The translations under genes were made by a program, and so were the position numbers. A stretch of 64,000 nucleotides of DNA from Minisyncoccota bacterium (lineage in GTDB: Bacteria; Patescibacteriota; Minisyncoccia; Phycocordibacterales; SBAW01): NCBI GenBank assembly GCA_035546575.1, contig DASZWN010000002.1, forward strand, positions 257,056 to 321,055, read 5' to 3'. Positions 30,541 to 40,278 of the stretch are shown here, piece after piece. How positions within the stretch are numbered: the stretch's first letter is position 1; every line of letters starts with the position of its first letter. The notes beneath the pieces are model-generated. The model was not told where the DNA came from. It did no database searches and worked only from the letters and a program-made list of their open reading frames with translations.

Positions 30541-31731
30541 TCAGCTTTGGCGATAGAGCGCGACAGCTTTTACAAGAGCTTTAGCAACACTTCTAGCCTG
30601 GCCTTTCGTAGCGCCTGGAAGCAGCGTAATGCGTATAGAATTTTTAGCTTTTGTACTTGAGATGCCGATCGCCGAGAGTACATGCGAGGGCGACTCGTCT
30701 TCGGTATCGCAAGCGGAGCGGGTCGAGATAGCGACACCCTGCGCATCAAGTGCGACAACCGCCATGTCACCGTTTAATTGCGGGATAGAAATATTGAGAT
30801 TATTAGGAGCGCGCAACTTCCCTACGGCACCATTGAGAGTTACGCCAAGAATTGCTTTTTCTATATGCTGCAAAAGATAGTCGCGAACTGCTGCCGTTTT
30901 TTCCGCTCGAGCTTCAACGCTTTGTTGCGCCTCTCTCAGCGCAATCGCGCACGCCCCAGCCAACAAGACATTTTCGGTTCCGCTCCTGCGGCCAGCCTCC
31001 TGTCCGCCTCCATATATATGCGGCTCAAGCCGTACCCCGCGACGCGCAAATAATACGCCGGCTCCTTTCGGCCCCAGCATCTTTTGCGCATCAAGCGTGA
31101 GCAGGTCGACACCCAGCTGCTCAACACCTATCTTGAGCCACAGCGGCGCTTGTGACGCATCGGTATGAAAGTAGACTGCACGCTCGGTCTCGCGGACTTT
31201 GCGTGCATGCCGAACTTCTTTTGCAAGCTCGCGAATGTTTTGTATCGTGCCCACCTCGCTATTGACCATTTGGACTGAAACAAAAAATGTTTTATCAGTC
31301 AGCGCCTCGCGCAGCGACTTATATGAAACAAGGCCCTGCTCGTCGACCGGGAGCTCTGTCAGCAGCAGCCCCTCTTTTTGGAGCGCGCGCAGGGGCTCGA
31401 GCACCGAGGAGTGCTCGATAGCAGTTGTTATCGCGTGCACATCTTCGCCCACGCGCAACAAGCGCCGCAGGGTGCCAAAAATAGCGAGGTTATTTGCCTC
31501 GGTGCCGCCGCTGGTAAAAATAATCTCGTCGGCATGCGCGCCGATTGTAGCGGCAATACTTTCGCGTGCGCGCTCCAGCTCATTTTTTGCCGCCACTGCC
31601 TCTGCATGCAACGCGCTCGGGTTGCCAAAGAGGCCCAGCAGCCGCCGCATCTCTTTGAGCACCGGTCGCGAGACCGGCGTAGCCGCCGCCGCATCGGCAT
31701 ATATTCTATTTTTTAACCTCAAAAACTTCAT
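30541..31731 (-). CDS. Cysteine desulfurase (IscS/NifS family)
   Basis: YADAAAAT, GNPSALH, FTSGGTEANN, AQKMLGPKG and STRSAC. Confidence 0.9.
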   Translation of the reverse strand: MKFLRLKNRIYADAAAATPVSRPVLKEMRRLLGLFGNPSALHAEAVAAKNELERARESIAATIGAHADEIIFTSGGTEANNLAIFGTLRRLLRVGEDVHAITTAIEHSSVLEPLRALQKEGLLLTELPVDEQGLVSYKSLREALTDKTFFVSVQMVNSEVGTIQNIRELAKEVRHARKVRETERAVYFHTDASQAPLWLKIGVEQLGVDLLTLDAQKMLGPKGAGVLFARRGVRLEPHIYGGGQEAGRRSGTENVLLAGACAIALREAQQSVEARAEKTAAVRDYLLQHIEKAILGVTLNGAVGKLRAPNNLNISIPQLNGDMAVVALDAQGVAISTRSACDTEDESPSHVLSAIGISSTKAKNSIRITLLPGATKGQARSVAKALVKAVALYRQS

Positions 31732-31791
31732 TCTTTTTATGCAGCACCCCGCTCGCCCCGCGTTGCAATCTACTATATACTGCGTTTACGT

Positions 31792-33315
31792 ATGAGCGAA
31801 GGTATGCCCACAGCGGGGGCTCGACCCCCTATTGTTGCTATTGTAGGACACATCGACCACGGCAAGTCGACGCTTTTGGACTATATCCGCAAAACAAATG
31901 TGGTTGAGGGCGAAGCCGGCGGTATTACCCAGCACCTCTCGGCCTACGAAGCGGTGCATAAAAACATATCTGGCGAGCACCGCATCACCTTTCTCGACAC
32001 TCCGGGCCACGAGGCATTTAAAGCGATGCGCTCGCGCGGCCTTGAGGTTGCCGACGTCGCTATCTTGGTTGTCTCTGCCGAGGACGGCGTAAAGCCGCAG
32101 ACAATCGAGGCGCTCAAGCTGATAGAGAGCGTCAAAATCCCCTACATTGTCGCGCTTACAAAAATCGACAAAGAAAGCGCGAATGTAGAGAAAGCGAAGA
32201 TGTCTTTGCTTGAACACGGCATCTACTTGGAGGGACTCGGCGGCGAGGTGCCGTACATCGGGATCTCAAGCAAAACCGGCGAAGGAGTGCCCGAGTTACT
32301 TGATCTGATTTTGCTCGCTGCAGAACTGGAGGGCATCTCAGCTGACCCGACGCTGCCGGGCGAAGGCACAGTCATTGAGACGCATGTAGACAAGCGCCGC
32401 GGCAACAGCGCAACGCTGATTATCCAAAACGGCAGCATTGCAAGCGGCAACTATATTGTCTCGGGCGAGTCGTCTGCCCCGGTGCGCATCATGGAAAACT
32501 TTTTGGGTAAATCGATAAAAGAAGCAGGCCCTGGAAGCGCCGTGCTTATCGTCGGCTTCTCAACGCTGCCGCAGGTAGGTGCCACGTGGAAACAGATCGG
32601 AAATAAAAAAGAGGCCGAGGCGCTCGCGCAAGCGGCGCGCGTGCCAAAAGTGCAGCCGGCAGCAAAAGCAGCCACCCCACTCGCCGAAGGCGAGGAGGAA
32701 AAGATCCATATCATTTTGCCGCTCGTTATTAAAACCGATGTTGCCGGCACTGCCGAGGCCGTTATGCACGAGCTCGACAAGATTCCTAAAGACGAGCGCC
32801 TCGAGGTGCGCATTGTCTCGCGCGGCGTGGGCCCAGTATCCGAGAACGACGTAAAACTTGCCGGCAGCGGCACGCCGGGCATCGTGGTGGGCTTTAACGT
32901 AAAGGCAGAGAATACCGCGCGCGAACTTGCAGAACGCCAAGGGGTCTCGATCGGACTCTTCGACATCATCTACAAACTCTCAGAATGGCTTGCTGAGGAG
33001 CTCCTTAAGCGCCAACCGCGCGAGCAGCAAGAAGAGGCGGTCGGTAGTGCCAAAATTATTAAGATATTCAGTACCGCAAAAGGCAAAGTGATAGTAGGCG
33101 GCCGCGTCGAGAGCGGCGTGCTCACACAAGGCGCGGAGGTTAAGATCATGCGCCGCGACTTGGAACTTGGTCGCGGCACTATCGTGAGCCTCCAAACGCA
33201 AAAAGCTGCTGTAAAAGAGCTCGAGAGTGGCAAAGAATTTGGCGCGCAGATCAAAACCTCGTGCGAGCCGGCAAGCGGCGACACGATCGAGGCATTCACC
33301 ATGGTTCTTAAGTAA
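31792..33315 (+). CDS. infB: Translation initiation factor IF-2 (short form)
   Basis: [26 protein letters not shown] and [10 protein letters not shown]. Confidence 0.97.
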   Translation: MSEGMPTAGARPPIVAIVGHIDHGKSTLLDYIRKTNVVEGEAGGITQHLSAYEAVHKNISGEHRITFLDTPGHEAFKAMRSRGLEVADVAILVVSAEDGVKPQTIEALKLIESVKIPYIVALTKIDKESANVEKAKMSLLEHGIYLEGLGGEVPYIGISSKTGEGVPELLDLILLAAELEGISADPTLPGEGTVIETHVDKRRGNSATLIIQNGSIASGNYIVSGESSAPVRIMENFLGKSIKEAGPGSAVLIVGFSTLPQVGATWKQIGNKKEAEALAQAARVPKVQPAAKAATPLAEGEEEKIHIILPLVIKTDVAGTAEAVMHELDKIPKDERLEVRIVSRGVGPVSENDVKLAGSGTPGIVVGFNVKAENTARELAERQGVSIGLFDIIYKLSEWLAEELLKRQPREQQEEAVGSAKIIKIFSTAKGKVIVGGRVESGVLTQGAEVKIMRRDLELGRGTIVSLQTQKAAVKELESGKEFGAQIKTSCEPASGDTIEAFTMVLK

Positions 33316-33321
33316 ACTATC

Positions 33322-33639
33322 ATGGCATCGATACATCACGAGAGAATGCAAGAAGCGCTGCGCGAAATTTCGGCAGAGTTTCTCGCGCGCGAGGCAAACC
33401 GCAACACGCTTGTTACCGTTACCCGCACGATGTTGAGCGAGGACGGCAAGCGCGCAAGCATCTACATCACCGTCCTACCCGACACTGCCGAGGTTGAGGC
33501 CCTCGCGTTTGCCAACCGCAACCGCACCGAATTGCGCGACTTTTTTAAAACCCGCGTGCGCGGCGCATTGCCGCCGGACATCACCTTTGAGATAGACATG
33601 GGCGAGAAAAATCGCCTGCGCCTCGACGAACTCTCTTAA
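33322..33639 (+). CDS. rbfA: Ribosome-binding factor A
   Basis: Follows infB; LVTVTR...PDITFEID. Confidence 0.85.
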   Translation: MASIHHERMQEALREISAEFLAREANRNTLVTVTRTMLSEDGKRASIYITVLPDTAEVEALAFANRNRTELRDFFKTRVRGALPPDITFEIDMGEKNRLRLDELS

Positions 33640-33643
33640 TCGG

Positions 33644-33715
33644 AGGCCACGGCGGGAATCGCACCCGCGTATACAGGATTTGCAGTCCCGTGCCTTACTA
33701 CTTGGCTACGTGGCC
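33644..33715 (-). tRNA. tRNA-Cys(GCA)
   Basis: CGGGA-CTGCAAA-TCCTG; T-loop TGCGATT. Confidence 0.9.
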
Positions 33716-33759
33716 GATGGGTTGTACTCTAGCATATTTTCCGCGTAAGATTAGTGCAC

Positions 33760-33847
33760 GCCGGGGTGATGGAATTGGTAGACATACAGGACTTAAAATC
33801 CTGAGAGGCCTTAACTCCTCGTGTGGGTTCGATTCCCACCCCCGGCA
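33760..33847 (+). tRNA. tRNA-Leu(TAA)
   Basis: CAGGA-CTTAAAA-TCCTG. Confidence 0.95.
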
Positions 33848-33923
33848 CAAACTCCCGACAGTATAGAAAAATAGAAGATCTGTGCTATTATTTTTCGGAA
33901 CGCGCGATTGGCGCGTGATACAT

Positions 33924-33996
33924 GCGCCCATAGCTCAGTTGGTAGAGCAGCTCCCTCTTAAGGAGACGGTCCAAGGTTCGAATCCTTGTGGGCGCA
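33924..33996 (+). tRNA. tRNA-Lys(CTT)
   Basis: TAGCTCAGTTGGTAGAGC; anticodon loop CTCTTAA. Confidence 0.93.
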
Positions 33997-34038
33997 CAAA
34001 ACGCCAAAAATCTGCCCTGCGGCAGATTTTTTGGTTTT

Positions 34039-34138
34039 GTGCGAGGCGCAGCCTTATCCCGCATTGGCGGGATGGCGAGCCGGGGTCGCGAGCGAATTCT
34101 GCGACGGCAGAATTCGACTTGTGACCACTCGTGCGAGG
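34039..34138 (+). repeat. tRNA-downstream multi-hairpin element family C, copy 1
   Basis: GCGAGCCGGGGTCGCGAGCGAATT...AATTCGACTTGTGACC matches the reverse complement of 57680-57760; flanked by GTGCGAGG direct repeats. Confidence 0.8.
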
Positions 34139-34168
34139 AGGTTCATTTCAGAGTAGAATGCGGTAATT

Positions 34169-34250
34169 GCTGGGGTGGCGGAATTGGTATACGCACGTGC
34201 CTTAGGAGCACGCGGGGCAACCCATGGAGGTTCAAGTCCTCTCCCCAGCA
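34169..34250 (+). tRNA. tRNA-Leu(TAG)
   Basis: CGTGC-CTTAGGA-GCACG. Confidence 0.95.
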
Positions 34251-34328
34251 CAAGCAGCACAACCGGCTTTTTGGGCGGTTTTGTGCTTAGAGGCGTTTTT
34301 TGAGCCTTATGTTACAAGGCTTTTTTAC

Positions 34329-34358
34329 TTGACAAAATGGTATGTATTGTGATATAAT
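34329..34358 (+). promoter_or_regulatory. Sigma70 consensus promoter
   Basis: TTGACA-N18-TATAAT with extended TG. Confidence 0.7.
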
Positions 34359-34430
34359 ATTGGGTAGAGCGTAAGGCCGTAAAAAGCCCCGCGCGCTCAT
34401 CGACAATTACATAGCAAAAAGGAGGGCGAA

Positions 34431-35477
34431 ATGCCCGATACAACGGCACCAGCGCCTGATCCCTCAAAAGAGGGATACTTTCTCGATTTACCCAGTCCGC
34501 GCGATAGCACGGTTGAGCGCGATCGAGCATCTCGTGCGCTCGACTTCGCGATCTCAACCATTGTGCTGTGGGGCGGACCGATCGTTCTCCTCCTCTGGTG
34601 GTCAATGTTGGTGTCTCCCTCACTCGCACCCTTCGCGATCCTGATCGGATTCGTGATCGGCGCATTCCTGGAATATCTGGGGACGCAGAAGCTGATCATC
34701 TACAACGAGGAATGGACGGCCTATGCGACAAACGACCCGTTTAGCGGGGACAACGTCGCATACGGACCGGGAGCCCATCTGTCCCACTTCTGGGAACAGC
34801 GCAACAAGAGCGGTATCTATTCGCTCGAGCGCATAACCAGGGTGTTTACCGTCGATGTGGCGACGACGACCAGCAAGGTCACGGCAACCGTTACCTACCA
34901 ATACGCCGTGTACTTGCCTTGGTTGCTCAACTTCATCGGCAACGACATATCGACAATCGAGAGCGGCTTCATCGGCTTTCTCCAAAGCTTCCTCACGGAA
35001 AAACTCGCCGGAGATACCGCCGAAAGTGCGCGGAAGAAAATCCGCGAACTGAACACCTTACTTGCGCAGGAGTTCATGCAGGTTAAAAACCTCGCAGGAA
35101 CGAGTGCGCGGGAATTCGAGGAAAAGAACGGGATTCTTAGTGTGAGCATCCTGATTACCGGGCTCGCATTGCCGGAAGCCGTTCAGAAAACTCGCGACGC
35201 CGTCGAGGAAGCGCGAGTCCTGATGGAAGTTGCCGCTCGGATGATGGGCAAGGATCCTGAAAAATTCATGCAGCAAGTGCTTGATGGAACGATCCCGTGG
35301 TCGCAGTACGAGAAGATCCTCAACCGCGCCATGGCTGTCTCCGAGAACGCACAGCTGGAGCTGTTTGCGGTCGAAGGAGATATCGGCAATCTTGGAGCCG
35401 CTGCTCTTGCTCGCTTTGCCAAGCATGGTCTTGGCGGCGGCGAAGAAGGCGGCAAGAAAAAAGGTAAAGGAAAGTGA
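34431..35477 (+). CDS. SPFH/band-7-like membrane protein
   Basis: Two TM helices, YGPGAHLSHFWE, GILSVSILITGLALPEAVQ and coiled coil; SD GGAGG. Confidence 0.6.
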   Translation: MPDTTAPAPDPSKEGYFLDLPSPRDSTVERDRASRALDFAISTIVLWGGPIVLLLWWSMLVSPSLAPFAILIGFVIGAFLEYLGTQKLIIYNEEWTAYATNDPFSGDNVAYGPGAHLSHFWEQRNKSGIYSLERITRVFTVDVATTTSKVTATVTYQYAVYLPWLLNFIGNDISTIESGFIGFLQSFLTEKLAGDTAESARKKIRELNTLLAQEFMQVKNLAGTSAREFEEKNGILSVSILITGLALPEAVQKTRDAVEEARVLMEVAARMMGKDPEKFMQQVLDGTIPWSQYEKILNRAMAVSENAQLELFAVEGDIGNLGAAALARFAKHGLGGGEEGGKKKGKGK

Positions 35478-35947
35478 ACCTTCAGGAAGCAAAGACCAAG
35501 GCTGAAGCAACCGGCACCGCGGGCGTGAAGAAGTTCCGGATATTCATCCGGAACGGCATCATTGCCATTTCGGTAATCATCGTGTTGGTGGTGAGTCCGT
35601 TCTTCTTCATCCATCGCCAGGATACGGTAACCGCAACCACGGCACCGGCCCCAGTGGCCGTCGCTCCGATCATACCCTGTCTCGAGCGTGTCTGTTCGGT
35701 GACGTTGACACCCAACCAATCCAAACAGATAAACCCGGACGGGTACTACGTCTACCCGAGGGTCGACTATGGAAGCGTCGAACTCTCCGGACCTGGAGGC
35801 AGCATGTCTCTCGGTCCGGACGGTGCCGACTTCCAGCCCTACCTGGTGACGACGGTTCAGGCAGATGGCGGTGGCGCGAGCATGCGCTACATTCTCTGCC
35901 CTGGACCCAAGACAAAGGAAGGCATGTCCCGGTGGGACTGTTCCTAA
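35474..35947 (+). CDS. Membrane-anchored hypothetical protein
   Basis: GTGA overlap with the upstream gene; single TM; terminator after. Confidence 0.55.
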   Translation: MNLQEAKTKAEATGTAGVKKFRIFIRNGIIAISVIIVLVVSPFFFIHRQDTVTATTAPAPVAVAPIIPCLERVCSVTLTPNQSKQINPDGYYVYPRVDYGSVELSGPGGSMSLGPDGADFQPYLVTTVQADGGGASMRYILCPGPKTKEGMSRWDCS

Positions 35948-36006
35948 ACACGAAAACACGGCGCGCATCCCACAAGGGTGCGCGCCGTATTGCTTTGTAT
36001 ATATGG

Positions 36007-36288
36007 TTAGTGAGGCAGGGGCGCGTTGATCGTGTTCGCTACAATTTTGAGTATGGTATATGCGGCAACCATGATAAACATGCCGATTATCCCCCAGAGC
36101 ATATGTTGCTTCCCTTTTGATTTATCCGCTTCGCCTCCCTGCATGCCCCACATAAACTCGACAATGCCGTACACGAACACGAGCAGCCCTGCAGCAAAAA
36201 TAAGTGCAATGATCGGGTTGATCACTACGTTGGTAAGGCAATTAGCGATAGCCTCGGCGCTATCAAGACATCTGGTTGATGCACCCAT
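36007..36288 (-). CDS. TrbC/VirB2-like pilin
   Basis: NPIIALIF...YGIVEF...GKQHMLWGIIGMFIM. Confidence 0.8.
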   Translation of the reverse strand: MGASTRCLDSAEAIANCLTNVVINPIIALIFAAGLLVFVYGIVEFMWGMQGGEADKSKGKQHMLWGIIGMFIMVAAYTILKIVANTINAPLPH

Positions 36289-36296
36289 GGGAGTTA

Positions 36297-36590
36297 TTAC
36301 TGGTTATTGTACTGCGGGACAGTCGGAGCCGGGAGTGCACCGCCGCCGCTGATGCCGAGCGTATTTTGCGCCAAACGAATGATGCCCCAAACCGATACCA
36401 TCACAAAGAGCGCTACGAGACCGGCTATCATAATATTGCGACCCTGCGTGTGGTCCTCGCCGCCGCTGATGACATATTTGACCAAGCCCCAGAAAAAAGC
36501 GACGAGCGCGAGTGCAATAAAGAGCGGTATAAGCGAGTTGAGGATCCCGCCTGCAAAAGTGATAAGACTTTGAAGATTATTACCTGGCAT
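36297..36590 (-). CDS. TrbC/VirB2-like pilin
   Basis: LIPLFIALALVAFFWGLVKYV...GRNIMIAGLVALFVMVSVWGII. Confidence 0.8.
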   Translation of the reverse strand: MPGNNLQSLITFAGGILNSLIPLFIALALVAFFWGLVKYVISGGEDHTQGRNIMIAGLVALFVMVSVWGIIRLAQNTLGISGGGALPAPTVPQYNNQ

Positions 36591-36661
36591 AAAAGTGGTT
36601 TACGAGTATGAGTTAACTCTAGCAAGAGCGTTGCACACTACAAGGAGTGCGTGTGGATAGC

Positions 36662-36997
36662 CTACTTGGCGTTGGGAGGAATAATATTAATAGGATTCCC
36701 TGTTGCTTGAGGCTCATTACTACCACCGCCTGTGCCTAGGAAGGTGTTGGTTAGTATTTTGAGTATCCCCCAGATAGAAAAGAGTACGAACAGAGCGATA
36801 AGTCCCCACAAAAGCGCCTCACGCTCAGGACCTTTGCCACCGCTCTCTTCTGCTCTTGTGACATAGCGCACACCGGAGTACATAAAGATAACCACAGCGA
36901 GCACGGTGAGCACCGGTATCGCAAGATTAATAATGCCTATCAAAAACAGGACAACATCTTTAATCGATGATGCATTGGAGAGCATAGTTAGCCGCAA
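36662..36997 (-). CDS. TrbC/VirB2-like pilin
   Basis: AIPVL...SGVRYV...REALLWGLIALFVLFSIWGI. Confidence 0.75.
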   Translation of the reverse strand: MRLTMLSNASSIKDVVLFLIGIINLAIPVLTVLAVVIFMYSGVRYVTRAEESGGKGPEREALLWGLIALFVLFSIWGILKILTNTFLGTGGGSNEPQATGNPINIIPPNAK

Positions 36998-37500
36998 GAG
37001 CTGATGCCAGTAACGCCCAATTGCTGGAGCGTGTTCATGATCACAGCGGCAATGAGCGAAGCGCCGACAAATATCCCGATACCGATAATGACGTTCAAGA
37101 AGTTGCTTCTCGCTTCGGTCAGCTCGCCGGGGTTGCCTTGCGCAAGCACGAACTTAAACCCAGCCCAGACAATAAAGAGTATGGCTACTGGAATACCGAT
37201 TACCATCACCGCCTTGAGCAGGCCGGTTACCAACCCGCAAACCGTTTTAAATTTTAGCGGGTTGCAGAGCGTGCCCGGCTGGCAGTCTGAAGGATTAACT
37301 GTATTCCCGGTAAAGCCTGCGTTTGGTCCACTACCGAGACCAGCATTAGGCCCACTTCCAGTACCTGCATTAGGACCTGAACCGAAACCAGCATTTGGCC
37401 CGTCAGTTGCGCCCTGCACGAACATGAGCGGCAAAAGAAAAACCACAATCGTAAAAAAGATACTTATTGATTGTCTGTATTTAAAAAGAAATATGCTCAT
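36988..37500 (-). CDS. TrbC/VirB2-like pilin with GPNAGxGS tandem repeats
   Basis: LCNPL, IVWAGFKFVLAQGNP and ARSNFLNVIIG. Confidence 0.8.
   Translation of the reverse strand: MSIFLFKYRQSISIFFTIVVFLLPLMFVQGATDGPNAGFGSGPNAGTGSGPNAGLGSGPNAGFTGNTVNPSDCQPGTLCNPLKFKTVCGLVTGLLKAVMVIGIPVAILFIVWAGFKFVLAQGNPGELTEARSNFLNVIIGIGIFVGASLIAAVIMNTLQQLGVTGISSCG
37306..37401 (-). repeat. Coding tandem repeat, 4 x 24 bp (GPNAG[F/T/L]GS)
   Basis: GPNAGFGS GPNAGTGS GPNAGLGS GPNAGFTG. Confidence 0.85.
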
Positions 37501-38795
37501 CGTCGTGGCAAAAGTTGCTGCAAAGCCTGCGCGCCTTCCGAAACCGCGGTGGCCGGAGTCGACTTGCCACTCACCACAGATTCTATCATGCTCTGAAATA
37601 CGCTATCACTCTGGAGCGGGTTCGGGTCGAGCCAGCCGCGCGCAATAAGTGCCGACTGCACAAACACGCTCGCTGCAGCCGAGCCCGCGGTGTCAACAGC
37701 CACGTCGCGGCGCACCGGCGGCAAGCTGAGTGCCCCCGAGATAAGTCCGATCGAATTCTGCGCGCTAAACTTTTCGGCAACCGCCAGCGCGCCTTGGATA
37801 TTGCGGGCACTGCGCGGGATAGCAAAACCGGTGATGTGCGCTGTAGTTACCTGCGAAGTGTTTCCGTCGATCTGCGGCACCGACGCAACCGAAAAGCGGA
37901 GGTTAGGATTGCGCTGAGCGATGGCAGTATACTCACTCGCCAAGCCAAAGTAGACACCTACATCACCCGCCACAAATGCATCTTGCGCAGACGGCAGCGA
38001 GCGATTCCACGAGTAGCTCGTCTTACTTGGGTTTGCAAACTCGGTATAAAAGCGCAGCGCCGACTCTGCCGGGTTAGAAGTCGCACCTTCGGCATTGCTG
38101 CCAAACACCACCACAGGAGCGCCCGAGGAGTTACGCATGATTATGTTGTCGCCCACTTGCATAAAGAGCGCCGAAAGGATCTCTTTAGCGTTTGGGATAT
38201 TGCGCCACTCACCAAGCGCAACCGCGCTCTTTTTAACCGTGGAGCGGGAATCGAGCGAGGTTATCTTTGGTGCGATAGTCAAAAAATCGTTCCAATGTGC
38301 CGGAGGTGCCGCGATGCCTGCGGAGGCAAAGAGGTCGCGGTTCCAGTACATCACAAGCGGATCAATCGTAAACGGCAGCGCCAACTCCCCTTGCGGCGTC
38401 AAAAATATATCCGACGCGTCGACATACGAGGCGTTGTAGCTCCCCTGAGAGAGCGCACTGTATGGAATGGTAAGTATCTTGTCGGAAAACGAGAGCAGGT
38501 CGTCGCCCGAGAGCAAAAAGAGGTCGGGCCCACTGCCTGCGGCCATCGCGTTAACGAGCGTTTCGTTGTAGGAGCCCGCGTTTTTTTGCACGTAGGTCAC
38601 ACTGTCGAGCGATTTGTCGGTCGAGTGGAGCGTGTCGATAAGCCCCTGCATCGTTTGCGAGTCGAGCGTACCCCAGATGGTCACCTGGCCGATAGTTTTG
38701 CCGCCAAGCACGCCGCCAAACAGCGCAAAGACGCCGATGCCTACCATGATGAGCGAAGCAAATATGCCGAGAACGATTATCTGAAACGTGGACAT
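37497..38795 (-). CDS. Extracellular solute-binding protein (family 1)
   Basis: N-terminal TM, VTIWG, AGSGPDLF and DPLVMYWNRDLF; start placed at MSTFQ. Confidence 0.85.
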   Translation of the reverse strand: MSTFQIIVLGIFASLIMVGIGVFALFGGVLGGKTIGQVTIWGTLDSQTMQGLIDTLHSTDKSLDSVTYVQKNAGSYNETLVNAMAAGSGPDLFLLSGDDLLSFSDKILTIPYSALSQGSYNASYVDASDIFLTPQGELALPFTIDPLVMYWNRDLFASAGIAAPPAHWNDFLTIAPKITSLDSRSTVKKSAVALGEWRNIPNAKEILSALFMQVGDNIIMRNSSGAPVVVFGSNAEGATSNPAESALRFYTEFANPSKTSYSWNRSLPSAQDAFVAGDVGVYFGLASEYTAIAQRNPNLRFSVASVPQIDGNTSQVTTAHITGFAIPRSARNIQGALAVAEKFSAQNSIGLISGALSLPPVRRDVAVDTAGSAAASVFVQSALIARGWLDPNPLQSDSVFQSMIESVVSGKSTPATAVSEGAQALQQLLPRR

Positions 38796-38815
38796 GACTG
38801 TTGTAATAATGCGGC

Positions 38816-39361
38816 CTAGGCCGACTTTTTGCGAACGACAAATCCCCAATGGTATGCGCCTGCGTCTACTTTTGGCCCGATACTAAACCCGTGTTGCTCA
38901 AAAAGTTTCTGCGCCTTTTCTTGCGTAATAATATGGTCTGGGTGCGGCCCGAGGCCGCCAAACGAGCCTGACCAATCTATAACAAGTGCTCGACCGGTAT
39001 TTTTGAGCACACGGCGCATCTCGGCCAAGCATTCGCCGCGATCCTCCAGGCTAAAAAGCACGTTGGTAAGAAGCACGAAGTCGAACGTACCCGCGGGCAG
39101 GCTCGTGCCGCCGGCCTTTTCTATGTCTCCATGGAGCACCTCTACGTTATTGAGGCCCTCGCTGCTTGCTAAATTTTTGATGCGGGGCAGAAGCTCGCGG
39201 TTGATATCGACCGCCCATACCACCCCGCTCTCGCCTACCGCGCGTGCTGCCGCGCGGGTAAAAAAGCCCGCGCCCGCGCCGAAGTCGGCGACTTTAAGAC
39301 CCTCGTGTATGCCGGCGGCCGCAACCGCCTTGCCCGGATGTAAAAAAGCACTTTCCTCCAT
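38816..39361 (-). CDS. Class I SAM-dependent methyltransferase
   Basis: VADFGAGAGFF, WAVDI and RVLKNTGR. Confidence 0.9.
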   Translation of the reverse strand: MEESAFLHPGKAVAAAGIHEGLKVADFGAGAGFFTRAAARAVGESGVVWAVDINRELLPRIKNLASSEGLNNVEVLHGDIEKAGGTSLPAGTFDFVLLTNVLFSLEDRGECLAEMRRVLKNTGRALVIDWSGSFGGLGPHPDHIITQEKAQKLFEQHGFSIGPKVDAGAYHWGFVVRKKSA

Positions 39362-39401
39362 TACACACTAGTGTATCACCTCCCAAAAAGGAGGCCCTGG
39401 T

Positions 39402-39518
39402 TTATCCGAGGAGCATCGAGCCCCAATACGCGTAGCCCACCACAACCACAGCCACAAGCGCAACAACAGCGAGTTCGCTGCCATACTCTTTTTTTACTTT
39501 GTTGATGCGGGCTTTCAT
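39402..39518 (-). CDS. 38-aa single-TM protein (not in the ORF track)
   Basis: MKARINKVKKEYGSELAVVALVAVVVVGYAYWGSMLLG; ATGA overlap with the upstream stop. Confidence 0.55.
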   Translation of the reverse strand: MKARINKVKKEYGSELAVVALVAVVVVGYAYWGSMLLG

Positions 39519-39964
39519 AGCTTTTGTGTTGAGGCGACCTGGAATGTTCCTACAGTGTCATAGTTCAAGTGAAGCTGGTCTGTAGTTACGGTAACTCCAG
39601 TTAATCGAACATGGTCACCGACGTCCGCGTCGGAGGGATAGTTGAATGTTGTGAGCGCGTAATACTGGCCGGAGTCGGTTTTGAGGCCTATTGCACACTC
39701 CATGGTGTGCGGACCGTCGCCTTTGTGCGGGAGGCATGCAATCGTACCGGTTATAGACTCTGCTGTAGGAGACTTTTTGCCGCCGGCGGTCGGATTGCTA
39801 GAGGTTGAAGTGCTTACAGGCGAGGAGGTGGCAGTATCATGCGAAGAGACTTCTTGGTTAGATGCTATAACGGGTGTTTTTGAGTTATCCCACGATGAGT
39901 AGGCCCAAACGCCCACAAGAGCTAAGACTGCCACTAGAAATCCTGCGAAAAATTGTAACTTCAT
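39515..39964 (-). CDS. Membrane-anchored exported protein (OB-fold-like)
   Basis: TM, linker and CLPH...TMECAIGL. Confidence 0.75.
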   Translation of the reverse strand: MKLQFFAGFLVAVLALVGVWAYSSWDNSKTPVIASNQEVSSHDTATSSPVSTSTSSNPTAGGKKSPTAESITGTIACLPHKGDGPHTMECAIGLKTDSGQYYALTTFNYPSDADVGDHVRLTGVTVTTDQLHLNYDTVGTFQVASTQKL

Positions 39965-39983
39965 GCACCTATAGACGCATGAT

Positions 39984-40178
39984 TCATGAAATTATTACAA
40001 AAAGAGCCCCCTCGGCCAGGTTTTGGGTCGAGGGAGCATAGACAGGAATTGGATGAGACGACTTCCAGAGCATGATGCCGATCACGGCAATGATGACGAA
40101 GATGACCGCTGCCGCAGCAACAATCAGGTCCCGCCTGGTGATGGGCCGCTTCGTACCCTGGTTGATTTCCATAGCCAT
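39984..40178 (-). CDS. Small single-TM hypothetical protein
   Basis: SD GGGAGAG before MAMEIN; one TM. Confidence 0.4.
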   Translation of the reverse strand: MAMEINQGTKRPITRRDLIVAAAAVIFVIIAVIGIMLWKSSHPIPVYAPSTQNLAEGALFVIIS

Positions 40179-40278
40179 GGATCTCTCCCTAGTTACTTTC
40201 CTATCCCTAGGGTAATCCCTCCTGACCATGCTGTCTATATAAAGAGAGCCCGCCGGTTCGGAAACCGGCGGGCAAGAC

